From an uncultured Clostridium sp. (GTDB lineage: Bacteria; Bacillota; Clostridia; TANB77; CAG-508), in assembly GCA_964371215.1 (NCBI GenBank), contig CAYJKU010000001.1:63335-127334 (forward strand): a DNA stretch of 64,000 nucleotides, read 5' to 3'. Below are positions 22,901 through 37,900 of the stretch, one piece after another. Position 1 is the first letter of the stretch, and every line of letters starts with the position of its first letter. The notes beneath the pieces were generated by a model. That model searched no databases. It saw nothing but the letters and a program-made list of their open reading frames with translations, and had not been told where the DNA came from. The position numbers and the translations under genes are program-made.

Positions 22901-25900
22901 GTACAAGTATTAGGTGAAAATGGACAAGGTGTTTTATCTAATATCAAATATATTGAAGCAGGAGAAAGTGTCTCTATAGCTGTTGATGAAGAAGGAAAAG
23001 TATATGCTTGGGGACAAAATCAATATGGACAATTAGGTGATGGTACAAATATTGCAAGAAGTGTACCAGTAAAAACAAAAGCAGCTCTAACAGGAATTAT
23101 TCAAGTAGATACATATAATAGACATACTGTTGCTGTTAAAGCAGATGGAACAGTATGGGCATGGGGATATAATTCACATGGAGAGTTAGGTGATGGAACA
23201 ACAACAGCTAGAAATATACCAGTTCAAATGAAATTAACAGCAACTACATATATTGAAAATGCAATTGAAGTAGCAACACAAAGATATTCTACTAATATAT
23301 TATTAGATAATGGAACAGTTCTTAGTGTTGGATATAATGCTCAAGGACAATTAGGTGATGGAACTACAACACAAAGACTATTACCAGTAACAGTAAGAGG
23401 TGTTGGTAATAATGGAGTTCTTAGTAATATCGTTAGTATATCTGGAGGATATTATTCAGCATATGCTTTATCTAAAAATGGACAAGTATATTCATGGGGA
23501 TATAACAATTTAGGACAATTAGGTAATAATACTCAAACAGTATCATCACTACCAGTTAATGTAGTAAACAGTAGTATTGAAGGAAATTTAGAAAATATTA
23601 TTTCAATTGGTTCAGGAACATATCATGTATTAGCTATTGAAGATACAGGATTTGTACAAACTTGGGGATCAAATGCTTCTAAACAATTAGGAGATAGTAC
23701 ACTTCCACATGCATCTATACCAGTATATATTTCATCTAAAATTGAAATGATACCATCTGATGCTAAATTAGTAATAAATGAAACAGTTCAATTAGGAATA
23801 AAAATGAATTCATTTAACCTATTTGAAGATATAAATGAAGAAGGAAGAGAAGTTATATATAAATCTTTAAATGAAGAAATTGCAACTGTAAGTGAAACAG
23901 GTGTAGTAACTGCAAAATCATTTGGTGTTACTAGAATACTTGCAACAGATGTAGTATCTGGAAGAGTTGCAACAGCTGAAATAAGTGTACTTGAAAATAA
24001 TAAACAAGTATCACCTAAAATAGATAATGGATCAAATCACTTCATATCTTTAAAAGCAGATGGAACAGTATGGACATGGGGAGATAATACATATGGACAA
24101 TTAGGAAATGGTTCTAATATAGATAGTCAAGTTCCAACAGAAATTAAAATCGAAGATGTAATTGATGTTGCAGCAGGATTTAATCATTCAATAGTTCTTA
24201 AAAAAGATGGAACAGTATGGACATGGGGATATAATGGATATGGACAATTAGGACAAGGAAATACTACAACTTCATATACACCAGTACAAGTTAAAGGTGT
24301 AAATGGACAAGGATATTTAACAAATGTTAAAGCTGTATTTGGAAATGGATATACAACATTTGCCTTATTAAATACAGGAGAAGTAGTTGGTATGGGTAGA
24401 AATACTTATGCAGAATTAGGAGATAGAACAACATCAAATAGATATACACCAGTATATGTATTAGATCAATATGGAGTATCTCCAATGAAAGATATTATAG
24501 ATGTAATTCCATCTACAACATCAGTAGCAGCAATAAGAGCAGATGGAACAGTTTGGGCATGGGGATATAATCACTATGGACAATTAGGAATAAATACATT
24601 AATTAATAGTAAAATAACATTACCAATGCAAGTAAGAGATGTAACAGGTACTAATACATTACAAAATATTATTCAAGTTACAAGTCATTACAGTGGATTT
24701 ACAGCTTTAAAAGCAGATGGAACAGTATATAGTTGGGGATATGGAACACAAGGAAGACTTGGAATAGGAAGTAATTCAAGTTCATATATGCCAATACAAG
24801 TTAAGAGTCCAGATGGAACAGGATTCCTTACAGATATAGTTAGATTAGACGGTAAATTTAGTTCAATAGCAATATCTGCAGACGGAAAAGTATATAGTTG
24901 GGGATCAAATAGTTATGGACAATTAGGTGTAAAAACTAATTCATATAGAAATTTACCAACACAAGTATTTGCTGAAAATGGAACAGATTATTTAACAGAC
25001 ATTATGTTTGCAACTAGTGGTAATTCAACAGCATTTGTAGATTATGAAGGTAATGTGTATACAACTGGATATAATATAAATGGTGAACTTGGAAATGATA
25101 CAACAATAAATAGAAATATTGTAACAAATGTTAGTGAAGTAATTATTTCAAATAATGAAAATCCAATTAAATTAGGTAAATCAGGTGAAACACATCAATT
25201 AGAAGCAGTAGCTAAGAAAAGATTTAATTTATTAAAAGAAACAGTAGATAATGTGAATTTAAAATATACTTCTTTAGATGAAAGTATAGCTACAGTATCT
25301 GAAACAGGATTAGTAACAGCAGTAGGAACAGGTTATACATTTATAAAAATATCTGATGAAACATTAGGAACTTCTACATCTGTAAAAGTGGAAGTATTAG
25401 GAGATGGAATAACATTACCAAAAGTAATTGGTGGAGAAAACTTCTATATAGCTTTAAAAGCAGATGGAACAATATATACATGGGGAAGAAATAGTCAAGG
25501 ACAATTAGGACAAGGACATACAACAAATGTTTTAGAACCTACAAAAGTAGAAGGATTAGAAGGTATTATAGATATAGCAGCAGGTAGATATTCTGCATAT
25601 GTTGTTAAATCAGATGGAACAGTTTGGGGGACAGGATATAATAATTATGGGCAATTAGGAATAAACAATACAACTAGAAAAAATACATTTACACAAGTTT
25701 TAGCAGAAAATGGAATAGATTATTTATCTGGAATTATTGGAATAAGTGCAAATAATTATCATGTTGCAGCATTAAAACAAGATGGTTCTGTTGTAGCATG
25801 GGGATATAATGGATATGGACAATTAGCAAATAATTCTACAACTACAAAATACATACCTACTAAAATGCATGGAGTAAATAATGTTATACAAGTAGAAGCA

Positions 25901-28900
25901 GGATTACATTCTATGTATATGTTAAGTGGTGATGGAAGTATATATGCAGTTGGGTATAATAGTTATGGTAATTTAGGAAATGGAACAACTTCAGGAACTA
26001 TAACACCTATTAAAGTATTAAATCCAGAAGGTACTGCTGAAATGGAAAATGTAAGAGAAATTTCAGCTGGATCATATCATTTAGGTGTAATAACTTATGA
26101 TAACAAACTATATCAAACAGGATATAATTCACAAGGACAATTAGGTGATGGAACAACATCACATAAAAACAAATTGGTTTTAGTTCAAGAAAATGTAAAA
26201 ACAGTAAGTTCATATATGAATATTACAAACATTATTAAAGAAGATGGAACAGTATGGTCTACAGGTAGAAATGCATATGGTAATGCTGGTAATAATACAA
26301 CAGCAAATAATACTAGATTTGTACAAATGCTTGGAGAAAATGGTATTGGAATATTTGAAAACGCCTTATTCGTTACAAATTCAGAAGAAAGCACTCTTGT
26401 TGCAGATAAATCTGGTAAAGTATATACAACTGGATATAATGGATATGGAGAACTTGGAGATAGTACTACAGTGACAAAAAGAGTATTATCTGGAATAAGT
26501 CTTGAAAAAGTAACAGTAAAAGAATCAATTGTAACAATAAATTCAATTTCAGGAACTAAAGAAATAGAAAGTTCAATGAATTTAGGATTTAACATCTTAT
26601 ATAATGAATTAAAAAATGCAACATTTACATATAAATCGAGTAATGAAAAAGTTGCAACAGTTACAGCAAATGATACTAAAACAAAAGGTATAATTACAGC
26701 TGTAGATTATGGAACTACAACAATAGAAGTACAAAATGTGGAAACAGGTGGTACTGCAATTGTAATAGTCAGAGTACTTCGTGAAGGTGATGTTGCAAAT
26801 CCGAAAGTTGTAGCAGGATCAGATTTCTCTGTTGCATTAAAATCTGATGGAACAGTATGGACATGGGGAAGTAATAATTATGGACAACTTGGTTTAGGTG
26901 ATACAACATATAGAACAGAGCCTACAAAAGTAGAAAACCTAGAGGGGATTATAGATATAGCAGCTGGAAGAAGTCATGTTATAGCATTAAAATCTGATGG
27001 GACTATATATACATGGGGATTAAACAACTATGGACAAATTGGGGATAACACTAATGTAAATAAAAATACGCCTACAAAAATTGTAGGATTAGACAACTTA
27101 ATAGATATAACTGGTGGATATTACCATACATCAGTATTAAAATCTGATGGAACAGTATATTCATGGGGATATAATGGACATGGTCAATTAGGTGATGGAA
27201 CAACAGGAACAAAAAATAGTCCAACAACAGTTAAAGGTATAAGTAATGTAAAAGATATTAGTGCAGGACACTATACTACACTAGCAGTAACAATAGATGG
27301 AAATACATGGGCATGGGGATATAATGGATATGGATTTTTATCAACACCAGCTGGAACAAATGTATTACCAAAATTAGTTGGTTTAGACAATATAGCAAGT
27401 GTTGAAGTTGGAATAAATAGTTATGCAGCAATATCTAATGTTGGAGAACTATATACTTGGGGATTAGATTCTAATCAAGTACTTGGAAACGGAAACTTAG
27501 GAACTACATATGTTCCTACACTTGTAAGAGATATAGATGGTGAAAAATTAACAGGAATTACTAATGTAGATATTGGTTCATATACAACACTTGCAACAAC
27601 AAGTGAAGGAAAAGTATATGGTTGGGGAAATAATAATTATTCACAATTAGGAACTGGTAATACAGCAGTACAATCATTACCAATATTATTACAAAATAGT
27701 ATGGGAGAATTCACAAATGTAATTGAAATAGCTTCTGGTTATGACCATACAATTGTAGTTAGAAATGACGGTAGTGTTTGGACAACTGGATATAATGGTG
27801 CAGGAAGACTTGGAGACAAAACAACATTTAATAAAAATATGTATGGAAGCATTAGTGATATGAATATTAGTTTAGAAGAAAACAAAATAGTCTTAGCTAA
27901 AGAAGGAGATACATATGAATTAAAACCAACTATATCTGTAGGATTCAATTTGCTATATGATGAAATACCAGAAACATCATATACATATGAAAGTGCTAAC
28001 ATAGATATTGCAACAGTAAGTCAAACAGGTGTAATAACAGCAGTATCTAGAGGAAAAACTAGAATAAAATTAACAGAAGAAAAAACAAATAAAATTACTT
28101 ATCTTGAAGTAAGTGTACTTCAAGAAGGAGATATTACATTCCCTAAAGTAGAAACATCAAATTATACTACAATAGCATTAAAATCTGATGGAACAGTATG
28201 GGGATGGGGATATAATGATTATGGACAATTAGGACTTGGAAATAATCAAACAGTTATATCACCAACTAAATTACCAATAGATAATGTTATAGATATTAGT
28301 GTTGGATATAGACATTCTCTATTCTTAAAATCAGATGGAACAGTATGGGCAGTTGGTAATAATAGTTATGGACAATTAGGAAATGCTACAAAAACATCAT
28401 CATATGAAATACTTCAAGTAAGAGATATAGATGGTGGAGAATATTTAAGTAATATTAAATCAATAGATATTGGAAGATATCATAGTATGGCATTAGACAA
28501 ATCTGGAAATGTATATACTTGGGGATATAATGGACAAGGTCAATTAGGAAATGGAACATATACTTTAAGTACAATACCAGTAAAAGTATCAGGAATTTCA
28601 AATATTATTACAATAGAAGCAGGATATAGATCAGGTTATGGTTTATCAAATGATGGAACGGTATATTCATGGGGATATAATATATATGGACAATTAGGAG
28701 ATGGAAGTTCAACTACAAGAACATCACCAACTAGAGCCTTCATAACAAATGTTATAGAAATATCTGTATCACAATCAGATAATGTGCTTGCATTAAAAGA
28801 TGATGGAACAGTATGGGGATGGGGAAGAAACACATATAATGCTTTAACAGATGTTGGTGGAAGTGCACCTAAACAATTAAAAGGTTTAGATGGAAACAGA

Positions 28901-31900
28901 ATGTCTGGAATTAAAGATATTGAATCATCATATTATAGTGGTTTTGCAGTAACAGAAACCGGAGAAACAATTGCATGGGGATATAATACATATGGTCAAT
29001 TAGGAATTGGAAATAATTCAAGTACATCAGTACCAGTAATTGTTAAAGAAAGTGAAACTGAAAACTTTGCAAATACATTGTCAATATCTGGTGGTGTAAA
29101 TTATACATCATTTGCTAAAGAAGATGGGACTGTATGGACTGTTGGTGATTCAGCATATAATAAACTTGGAAATGGTGAAAAAGTTGATTTAAATATTCCT
29201 AAAAATATAGCAATACCATATATTTCAGTAGATAATGATGAATTAGCAATTGTAGAAAATACAAGTATGAATTTAAATGCGAAATTTGATACAGGATTTA
29301 ATTTATTTGAAGATACTAAAATAGATGTAGAATTAGCATATGAAATTAAAGATACTAATATTGCAACAATAGATAATACAGGTAATGTAACTGCAAAATC
29401 TGTTGGAAAAACGTATGTATATATTACATATCAAAATTATGTAAGAAGAGTAGAAATAAATGTTATAGCAAAAGAAGGTGAATCTGTAATAGATGTATCT
29501 GCTGGAGCAAGACATACATTATCTTTAAAATCTAATGGTACTTTATGGGTATTTGGTAATAATGTATATGGACAATTAGGAACAGGATTAGTAGATAATA
29601 CAAATATATTAGAACCAGAACAAATAGATACTGGAGATATTAGATTTTCACAAGTTGCAACAGGTAGATATCATAGTATGGCTTTAGATAAAGCAGGAAA
29701 TGTATATACATGGGGATATAATGCTCAAGGGCAATTAGGAAATGGAACATCAGCAACATCAGGAAAATTAACAAAAATTGAAACATTATCTAATATTAAA
29801 GAAATATATGCAGATGAATATAAATCAATGGCAATAGATATTAATGGAAACATATATGTATGGGGGTCTGGATTTGGTGCAACACCAATTAAATATCCAT
29901 ATTACACAGAAGTAATAGATATTTCAGAATCATATGTATTATTACAAGATGGAACAGTATGGTCAATTAGTTTAACACCAGTTAAAGTAGAAACACTTTC
30001 AAATATAGTTGAAATAGCTGAAGGAACAAGCCATTATTTAGCTTTATCAGCAGATGGAACTATATATGCATGGGGATCAAATTCATATGGACAATTAGGA
30101 CAAGGAAATACATCTAGTATAACTGTACCTACAGTTGTTAAAAATTCAGATAATACTGGAAACTTAACAGATATAGTACAAATAGAAACTTCAAGGTATA
30201 GCTCATATGCAATAACTGGAGATGGAAATATATATTCTTGGGGAAGAAATATATATAACTCATTAGGTGTAACAACAGCATCAGATAGAATAACATTACC
30301 AATTAGTGTAACTACTGAAGAAGCTATAGAAATTACTTCAGGAGACTACTTTGGAGCATATGTAGATAATGCAGGATTTGTGCATACATGGGGATATAAT
30401 GGATATGGTCAATTAGGTCATGGAGATACAACAATTCATGAAATACCTTCATTAATAGGTGAAATAGGAATTGAAAATTCTCTGAAAAATATAACTTTAA
30501 ATATAAATCAAACACAAGAATTAGATATTAAGTTAAGAAATAAATTTAATTTAAGAATTGATGAAATATCTTCTGGTGAATTTAATTTAGATATATTAAA
30601 TAATGACATAATTTCTATTGAAAACAATAATATAGTACCTAAAAAAGTAGGAACAACTGTAATAATTGTTAATGAAAATGTAACAGGACTTACAGATACA
30701 ATAAATGTAGAAGTTATAGAAAATGTAACAACTCCTAGAATTGAATCAGGAGAAGATTTTACAATAGCTGTTAAAGCAGATGGAACTATATGGTCATTTG
30801 GATTGAACGATAAATCTCAATTAGGAATTGGAAATAGTGAAAATCAAAATGAACCAGTTCAAATAATAATGCCAGATTCATCAAGAATTAAAGATATAGA
30901 AGTAGGAACGTCACATACTTTAATATTAACTGAAAATGGTAAAGTATATGGATTTGGATATAATGGAAATGGACAATTAGGATTAGGACATACATATAAT
31001 TCAAATAAACCAACTGCTTTCTTAGATGAAAGTGGAAGAACATTTACAAATATAATTGATGTATCAGCAGTAGGAAATAAATCATATGTACTTACAATTG
31101 ATGGAGATGTATATGTCACAGGTGAAGGATATAACAAACTTGCAACAGAAATATTAACAGATGAAAAAATAATCAGTATATATGGAAACTATGGTATTAC
31201 AATAGATAAAAAAGCTATAAATTTAGATACATTAGAAATAATTTCTAATGTAGAAAATGTAGAAAAGATATCTGTAAGTGATACACATGTAATATTACTT
31301 ACTCAAAATAATGTAGCATATGCATTAGGAGATAATGAATATGGACAATTAGGAAATGGTACAAAATTAGATTCAAATACAGCTATCCAAATAAAAGATA
31401 GTGTAGGTACAGGAGTATTAAGTAATATTTCAGAAATAAAAGCTGGAACAAACTATTCAGTAGCAATACTTGAAAATGGAGATACATATGTATGGGGATC
31501 TAATGAAAATGGTAAATTATCTAGAATATCTGAAACAGATTTAGTATTACCTAGAAAAGAAAATATTAAAGAAAATATCTTTATGATTGAAACAGGTACA
31601 AACCATACAGTTATTGCAACTGAAGAAGGTAGAGTATATGCATTTGGTAAAGGAACTGAAGGTCAATTAGGTAACTTAGCAAATGAAAATAGTATCGAGC
31701 CAGTTCAAGTTGGTAAAGAATCAATTGTAGTAGATGAATATAATATTACTTTAAATGAAAAAGAAACATTATATTTAAATGCTAGATTAAGAAACTTTAA
31801 TATATTAGCAAAAGATGTTGAAGGTAACTTCACATATAAAGCAAATGATACAAAAACTGTTACAGTAGACAATACTGGTAAATTAACAGCAATATCTTCT

Positions 31901-34900
31901 GGTACATCAAGTGTTGTAGTAACAGAAGGTGAAAAACAATTAATTGTTCAAATTACTGTAATTCCAGAAAATACAGATGTAAAATCTTCTGTAGAAACAA
32001 CAGATTCACATACAGCTATCTTAAAAGCTGATGGAACTGTATGGACATATGGACAAAATAATTATGGACAATTAGGAATTGGAAATACAAGTAATGTAGA
32101 TGATTTAACACAAGTAATATTTAGTGAAAATGTTAAAATTATAAGTATTAAAACAGGAGAAAACCATACAATTGCACTTGATGAAAATGGAAATGTATGG
32201 ACTTGGGGAAGAAACACAAGTTACCAATTAGGTGTAACAGGTGGAACTAGAACAAGACCAATTAAATTAGATTTAGGTGTCAAAATAGAAAAAATCGAAG
32301 CAGGATATAATCAATCTTTTGCAATAACAGAAAATAGAGAATTAATATCATGGGGAGATAATTCTAATGGTGAACTTGGTGTTAACAAATATACATATAC
32401 TACATTACCTACAAAAGCATATGAAATAGAAGATGTATTAGATGTACAAGCAGGAAGATCACATACTTTAATATTAAAAACAAATGGTGATGTGTATGGA
32501 ACAGGGCACAACGGATTTGGTACTCTTGCAATAGAAGAATATAGAATAAATTCATTTAGGAAAATAGAAGAATTATCTAATATTGAATATATATATGCTG
32601 GAGAATATCAATCAGCTGCATTAGCTATGGATAACAATATGTATGTATGGGGATATAATATCTATGGTAACTTCGGATTAGGAAATAAAGATACAATTAA
32701 AGTACCAACTATATTAGAAGGAATAAATAATATAGAAGAAATTAGTTTAGGAAAAACATATTCAAGTATAATTACTGAAGATGGAAAAATGTACATGTCA
32801 GGTTCAAATGTTCAAGGACAGTTTGGTAATGATACAGATGAATCGACAGAAATATTTGTAGAAGTAACTAATATTAATGAAGTTATAGATATATCAGTTG
32901 GAAATACATATAGTGCAGCAATTAAAGCAGATGGTACAGTTTGGGCATGGGGAGACTATTATCACGGAATAACAGATACAAGAACAATAACTAATAGTTT
33001 AGTGCCAATACAAGTTGGAATAGATAAATTTGCTTTAAAAGAAAATGAAATCACAGTAAATGTAAGTAGAAATAAACAAATTGAAGTAATACCTAATGAA
33101 GATTTCAATGTATATGTTACAAAAGAAGAAACAATTAATGAATATAACTATATTTCATTAAATCCAGAAGTTGTAACAGTAAATGAACAAGGAGTATTAA
33201 CAGGTATTAAAGTAGGTACAACATGGGTTAAAGTACAAGATAGAGTAACAGGAGAAGAACAAGTTGCAATAATAAGAGTAATTGGAAATACAAATACAGT
33301 TGCTCCACAAATAGCAGCAGGGAATAATTTTGTTAATATCTTAAAAGCAGATGGTACAATATGGTCTGCAGGATATAACTCACAAGGACAATTAGGTAAT
33401 GGAACATATACACCATCAAATACATTAAACCAAATAAATAATGTAAAAACATATACACAAATATTAGCTGGAAATGATTTTGTAATAGCTCTTAAAAATG
33501 ACGGAACAGTATATGCATGGGGAGAAAATTCACTTGGACAATTAGGACAAGGAAACAGAGTAAATATGACAGCACCGACACAAATTCCAGGATTACAAGA
33601 TATTGTTAAAATATCTGCTGGAGATAATCATGTAGTTGCATTAAATAAATATGGAGAAGTATATTCTTGGGGATCAAATTCTAATTATCAATTAGGATTA
33701 GGAAATAATAAAAACCAAGATATTCCTCAAAAAATGGTATTACCACAAATTAAAGTAATAGATGTTGAAACAGGAGAAAATGGAACTGTAATAATAGATT
33801 CATTAGGAGATATGTATACAGTTGGATTATCTAATGAACAATATAATACAATTACTAAAATAGAAAATGTTTCTAATGTAGTAAAAGCTGAAATAAGTGG
33901 AAATAGCATAATTGCTTTACTTGAAAATGGGAATGTAATAAATATTGCAGATAGTGTAACAGATATATATACAGCAGGGAATGCTACAGATATATCAGCA
34001 GTTGCAGATGAAAATATGATACAAACAAATTCAGGGGAAGTATATACATTTGGATTAAATGCAAGTGGTGAATTAGGAAATAATAGTACTAATGAAATAA
34101 CAGTACCTACAAAAATAGAAAGAGAAAACACAATTATAGGAATAGGATCTGGAGAACATAATACATATATTATTGAAGATACAGGTAGAGTATATGCAGC
34201 TGGAAATAATGATTATGGACAAATAGGAAATAATACAAATGAAGGAAACATGGAATATGTACTTGTAGATTCAAATAAAGTAGAGTTATCACCAGAAAAT
34301 GAAGTAATTGTGGAAAATGAAACCTTAACATTTGAAATGATTTCAAATAGATTCAATGTTTTAAAAGAAGATTCAAGAATAATTACAGATTTTACATGGT
34401 CTGTAACTGATGAAACTATATTAGAAAATATAGAAGATGGAACTGTAAAAGGTTTAATTCCTGGAAAAGCAGATGTTGTATTAACAGAAAAAGAAACAGG
34501 AGCAGTTATAAACAGTGTAGTAATTGTTGAAGAAGCAGATAAAGCTAGAATCGAAAGAATAACAGTAGGAAATACTTTAGCTAAAATAACAGATTCAATG
34601 ACATATGAAGTAACAATAGCAGAAAGTAATTCAGAAGAATTAAAAATTACAACTAAAGATAAATCAGATAAAATCAGTATAGATAATGGTACTACTTGGT
34701 TTGAAAATGGAATATTGACATTAAATAAAGAAATATTATCTAATCCAGAAGTAGTTGAAATCTTAGTAGAAAGTGAATTTGGAATACAATATGAATTTAC
34801 CTTAAACATAATTAGTAAATCTAATAATGTAGATTTAGAATATATTAAAGTAAATGATATAACTGCAACAGCTATTAATGGAAATAATTATCAAGTAATT

Positions 34901-37900
34901 GTTCCAGAAAATACAGAAATCCTAAACTTAGAAGCAAAAACAGTAGATTCTGCTGCAAGTGTAAGTATAGAAGGACAAGAAGCAAGTAAACAAATTCAAA
35001 CTAAAGAAATAGCTATGGAAGAATATACTGTAAGAACAATTCCAGTAAAAGCTATATCTGAATTTGGTAATGAAGTAGAATATATATTAACTATATATGA
35101 AGAAACTGCATTAACAGAATTAGAAAGCTTAACTGTAAATGGAAAACAGGCAATTAAAAATAATATTTCAGAATATAGTATAGTTGTATCAAAAGAAACT
35201 GAAAGTGTAGAAATAGTTGCTAAATCTGTATATGAATTAGCAGATGTTAATATAAATCACTTAGGTGAAGAAGTACAAATTTCTACAAGAACAATAGAAA
35301 TAAATTCAGATGAAACAGTAGTTAGAATTACAGTTTCAGCAAATGGAAAAGATAAAGAATATACACTTAAAATTGAAAAAGAAAAAGATGCAACAAGTTT
35401 ATCTTCTGTATATGTAAATGGAGCTATAGTTGCAAATGTAAATAATACATTTGAAGCAACAGTAAACTCATCTGCAATTAACGCAGAAATAACAGCAATT
35501 GCATCAGTTGAAACAAGTTTAGTCAAAATTGCTGAAAATGAATCTGAAATCAAAATGTCAACTAAAACTGTTGAAATATCAGGAAATGAAACAATATATG
35601 AAATAATAGTAACTGATGGAAGTAATAGCGAAAACTTTGAAGTATACACTTTAATACTTAAGAAACCATCTACAGATAATTCATTAAAAGAAGTATCAGT
35701 AAGTAATGGTCTAAGTGTTATAAAAGCTGAAAAATCATCAGAAGGAAATATATATAATGTAAAAGTAAATGATACAGATACAGTATTAGATGTAAAAGCA
35801 GTAGCAAATTATGCATTAGCAGAAGTTGCAATACAAAATGATATATATACTATTGGGACAAATGAAAGTGAAATCACTTTAAATGAGGATACTACAAGTA
35901 TATTAATTAAAGTTAAAGCACAAGATGGAACAATAGCAGAATATACACTAAATATTGAAAGATTATCTTCAAATACAAATATATTAAATATAACTGTAAA
36001 TAATAATGAAACAACATTAAGCAAGACAGAAGAAAATGTATATGAATATACATTAACTGAAAGTTTAGCAAATGTAGATGTAAAAGTTACAATGGAAGAT
36101 AATTTAACAGATGTAGCGATAAATAATAAATTATTTGAAAAAGCTACAATTACAAAAACAGTAGATATAACAGGTAGATCAGTTGATGTAGTAATTAACA
36201 CTAAAGCTGAAAATGGTGATGAAAAAACATATAAATTAATCATAAAAGGATTACCAGATACTACTAATTTATCTAAAATAACTGTAAATAATATTGAAGC
36301 TATATATGTAGATAGTGGAGATAAATATCAAGTTAAATTAAATAAAAATGTAACAGAATTTACAGTAACAGCTGTTGCTGAAGATATATTATCTAAAATA
36401 GGAATAAATGAATTTGAAAATGAGGTAGCAACAACTACAAAAGTTATTTCAAAAACAGGTAATATAACAACTGTTAAGATAATTGTTACAGCACAAAATG
36501 GTATCGCAACAGGAGAATATATTTTAGAAATACTAGAACAATCTAGTGAAACAGGAATTAAAACTTTATCAGTAGATAATAATCTTGTGGATATAGATGA
36601 AAATGGTAAATATAGTACAAGTGTTGTAAACAAAGATACTGTTCAAATAGGAATTGTTTTAGTAGATGAAAATGCTACAGTTAAAATTGGAGAAATTGAT
36701 GGATTAACATCTACTCAAGATATCCAAGATGGAACAACAACAATTCCAGTAATAGTAACTGCAGAAGATGGAACTACAAAATCATATGAAGTAGTTATAT
36801 ACAAAATGTCTAATAATACAAATGTAACATCAATAGTTGTAAATGGAGAGTTAGCAATACTTGACGAAAATAATAATTATGTTGCAAATGTAGGAAATGC
36901 TAGTGAAGCTCAAATAGTTGTAACAGCAGAAGATGTTAAAGCTAGTGTTGAAATAGATGGTAATTTACCTCAAATGTCAACAAGTACAGCTACAATAGAA
37001 ATATTAGAAGATCAAGAATTGGTAGTTACAAATTTAACTGCTGAAGATGGAACATCAGAAGCTAAACAATTAATTATTAATACATATTCTAAAGATACAT
37101 CAATACTTAGTTTAACAGCTGAAAATATAGATAGTGAAAAAATTAGTCAAACAGGTGAATCTACTTATGAAATTGAAGTAAGTAATTTAACTACAAACAT
37201 TAATTTAACAGCTATAACTACATTTAATAAAGCTAAAGTTAAAATAGAAGATGGTGTGTATTCAGAAAATACAGTTACACAAGATGTAAATATTTCTGGT
37301 AAAGAAGAAATTAATATAACTGTTCAAGCTGAAAATGGAGATGAAAAAACATATATAGTATCAATTGTTAGAGTATATGATTTATCTATTAAATCTTTAT
37401 CAGTAGATAATACTATTATAGAAGAAGTAGATGGACAATATACAGCATGGGTAAACAGTAGTGTGACATCATCAGCATTAAAAATAGATACATTAAGTCC
37501 AGAAGCAATAATTAAAATTGGTGAAGAAACATATACTAACACAGTTACATTAAATGTAAATGTACCAGATAATACAAATACTATAAAAGTAAGTATATTA
37601 TCTCCAGATGGAAAAAATGAAACTTCATATAATGTGTATATAAATAAAAAATCTGGAGATACAGATTTAGAATATGTACAAGTAGATTCAAGTTTTGGTA
37701 GTTATGAAGAAGATAAATATGTAGTAACAGTTCCAATAAAAGATGATACATATTTATTAAAAGCTAAACCTAATAATGAATATGCTAAAATCAAAATAGG
37801 AAATAGTGAATTCTCATTAGGAGAAGTATCTTCTGAAATAGACTTATCTGGTAAAACAGAAGAAACAGTTCAAATAACTGTTGAAGCACAAGATGGAACT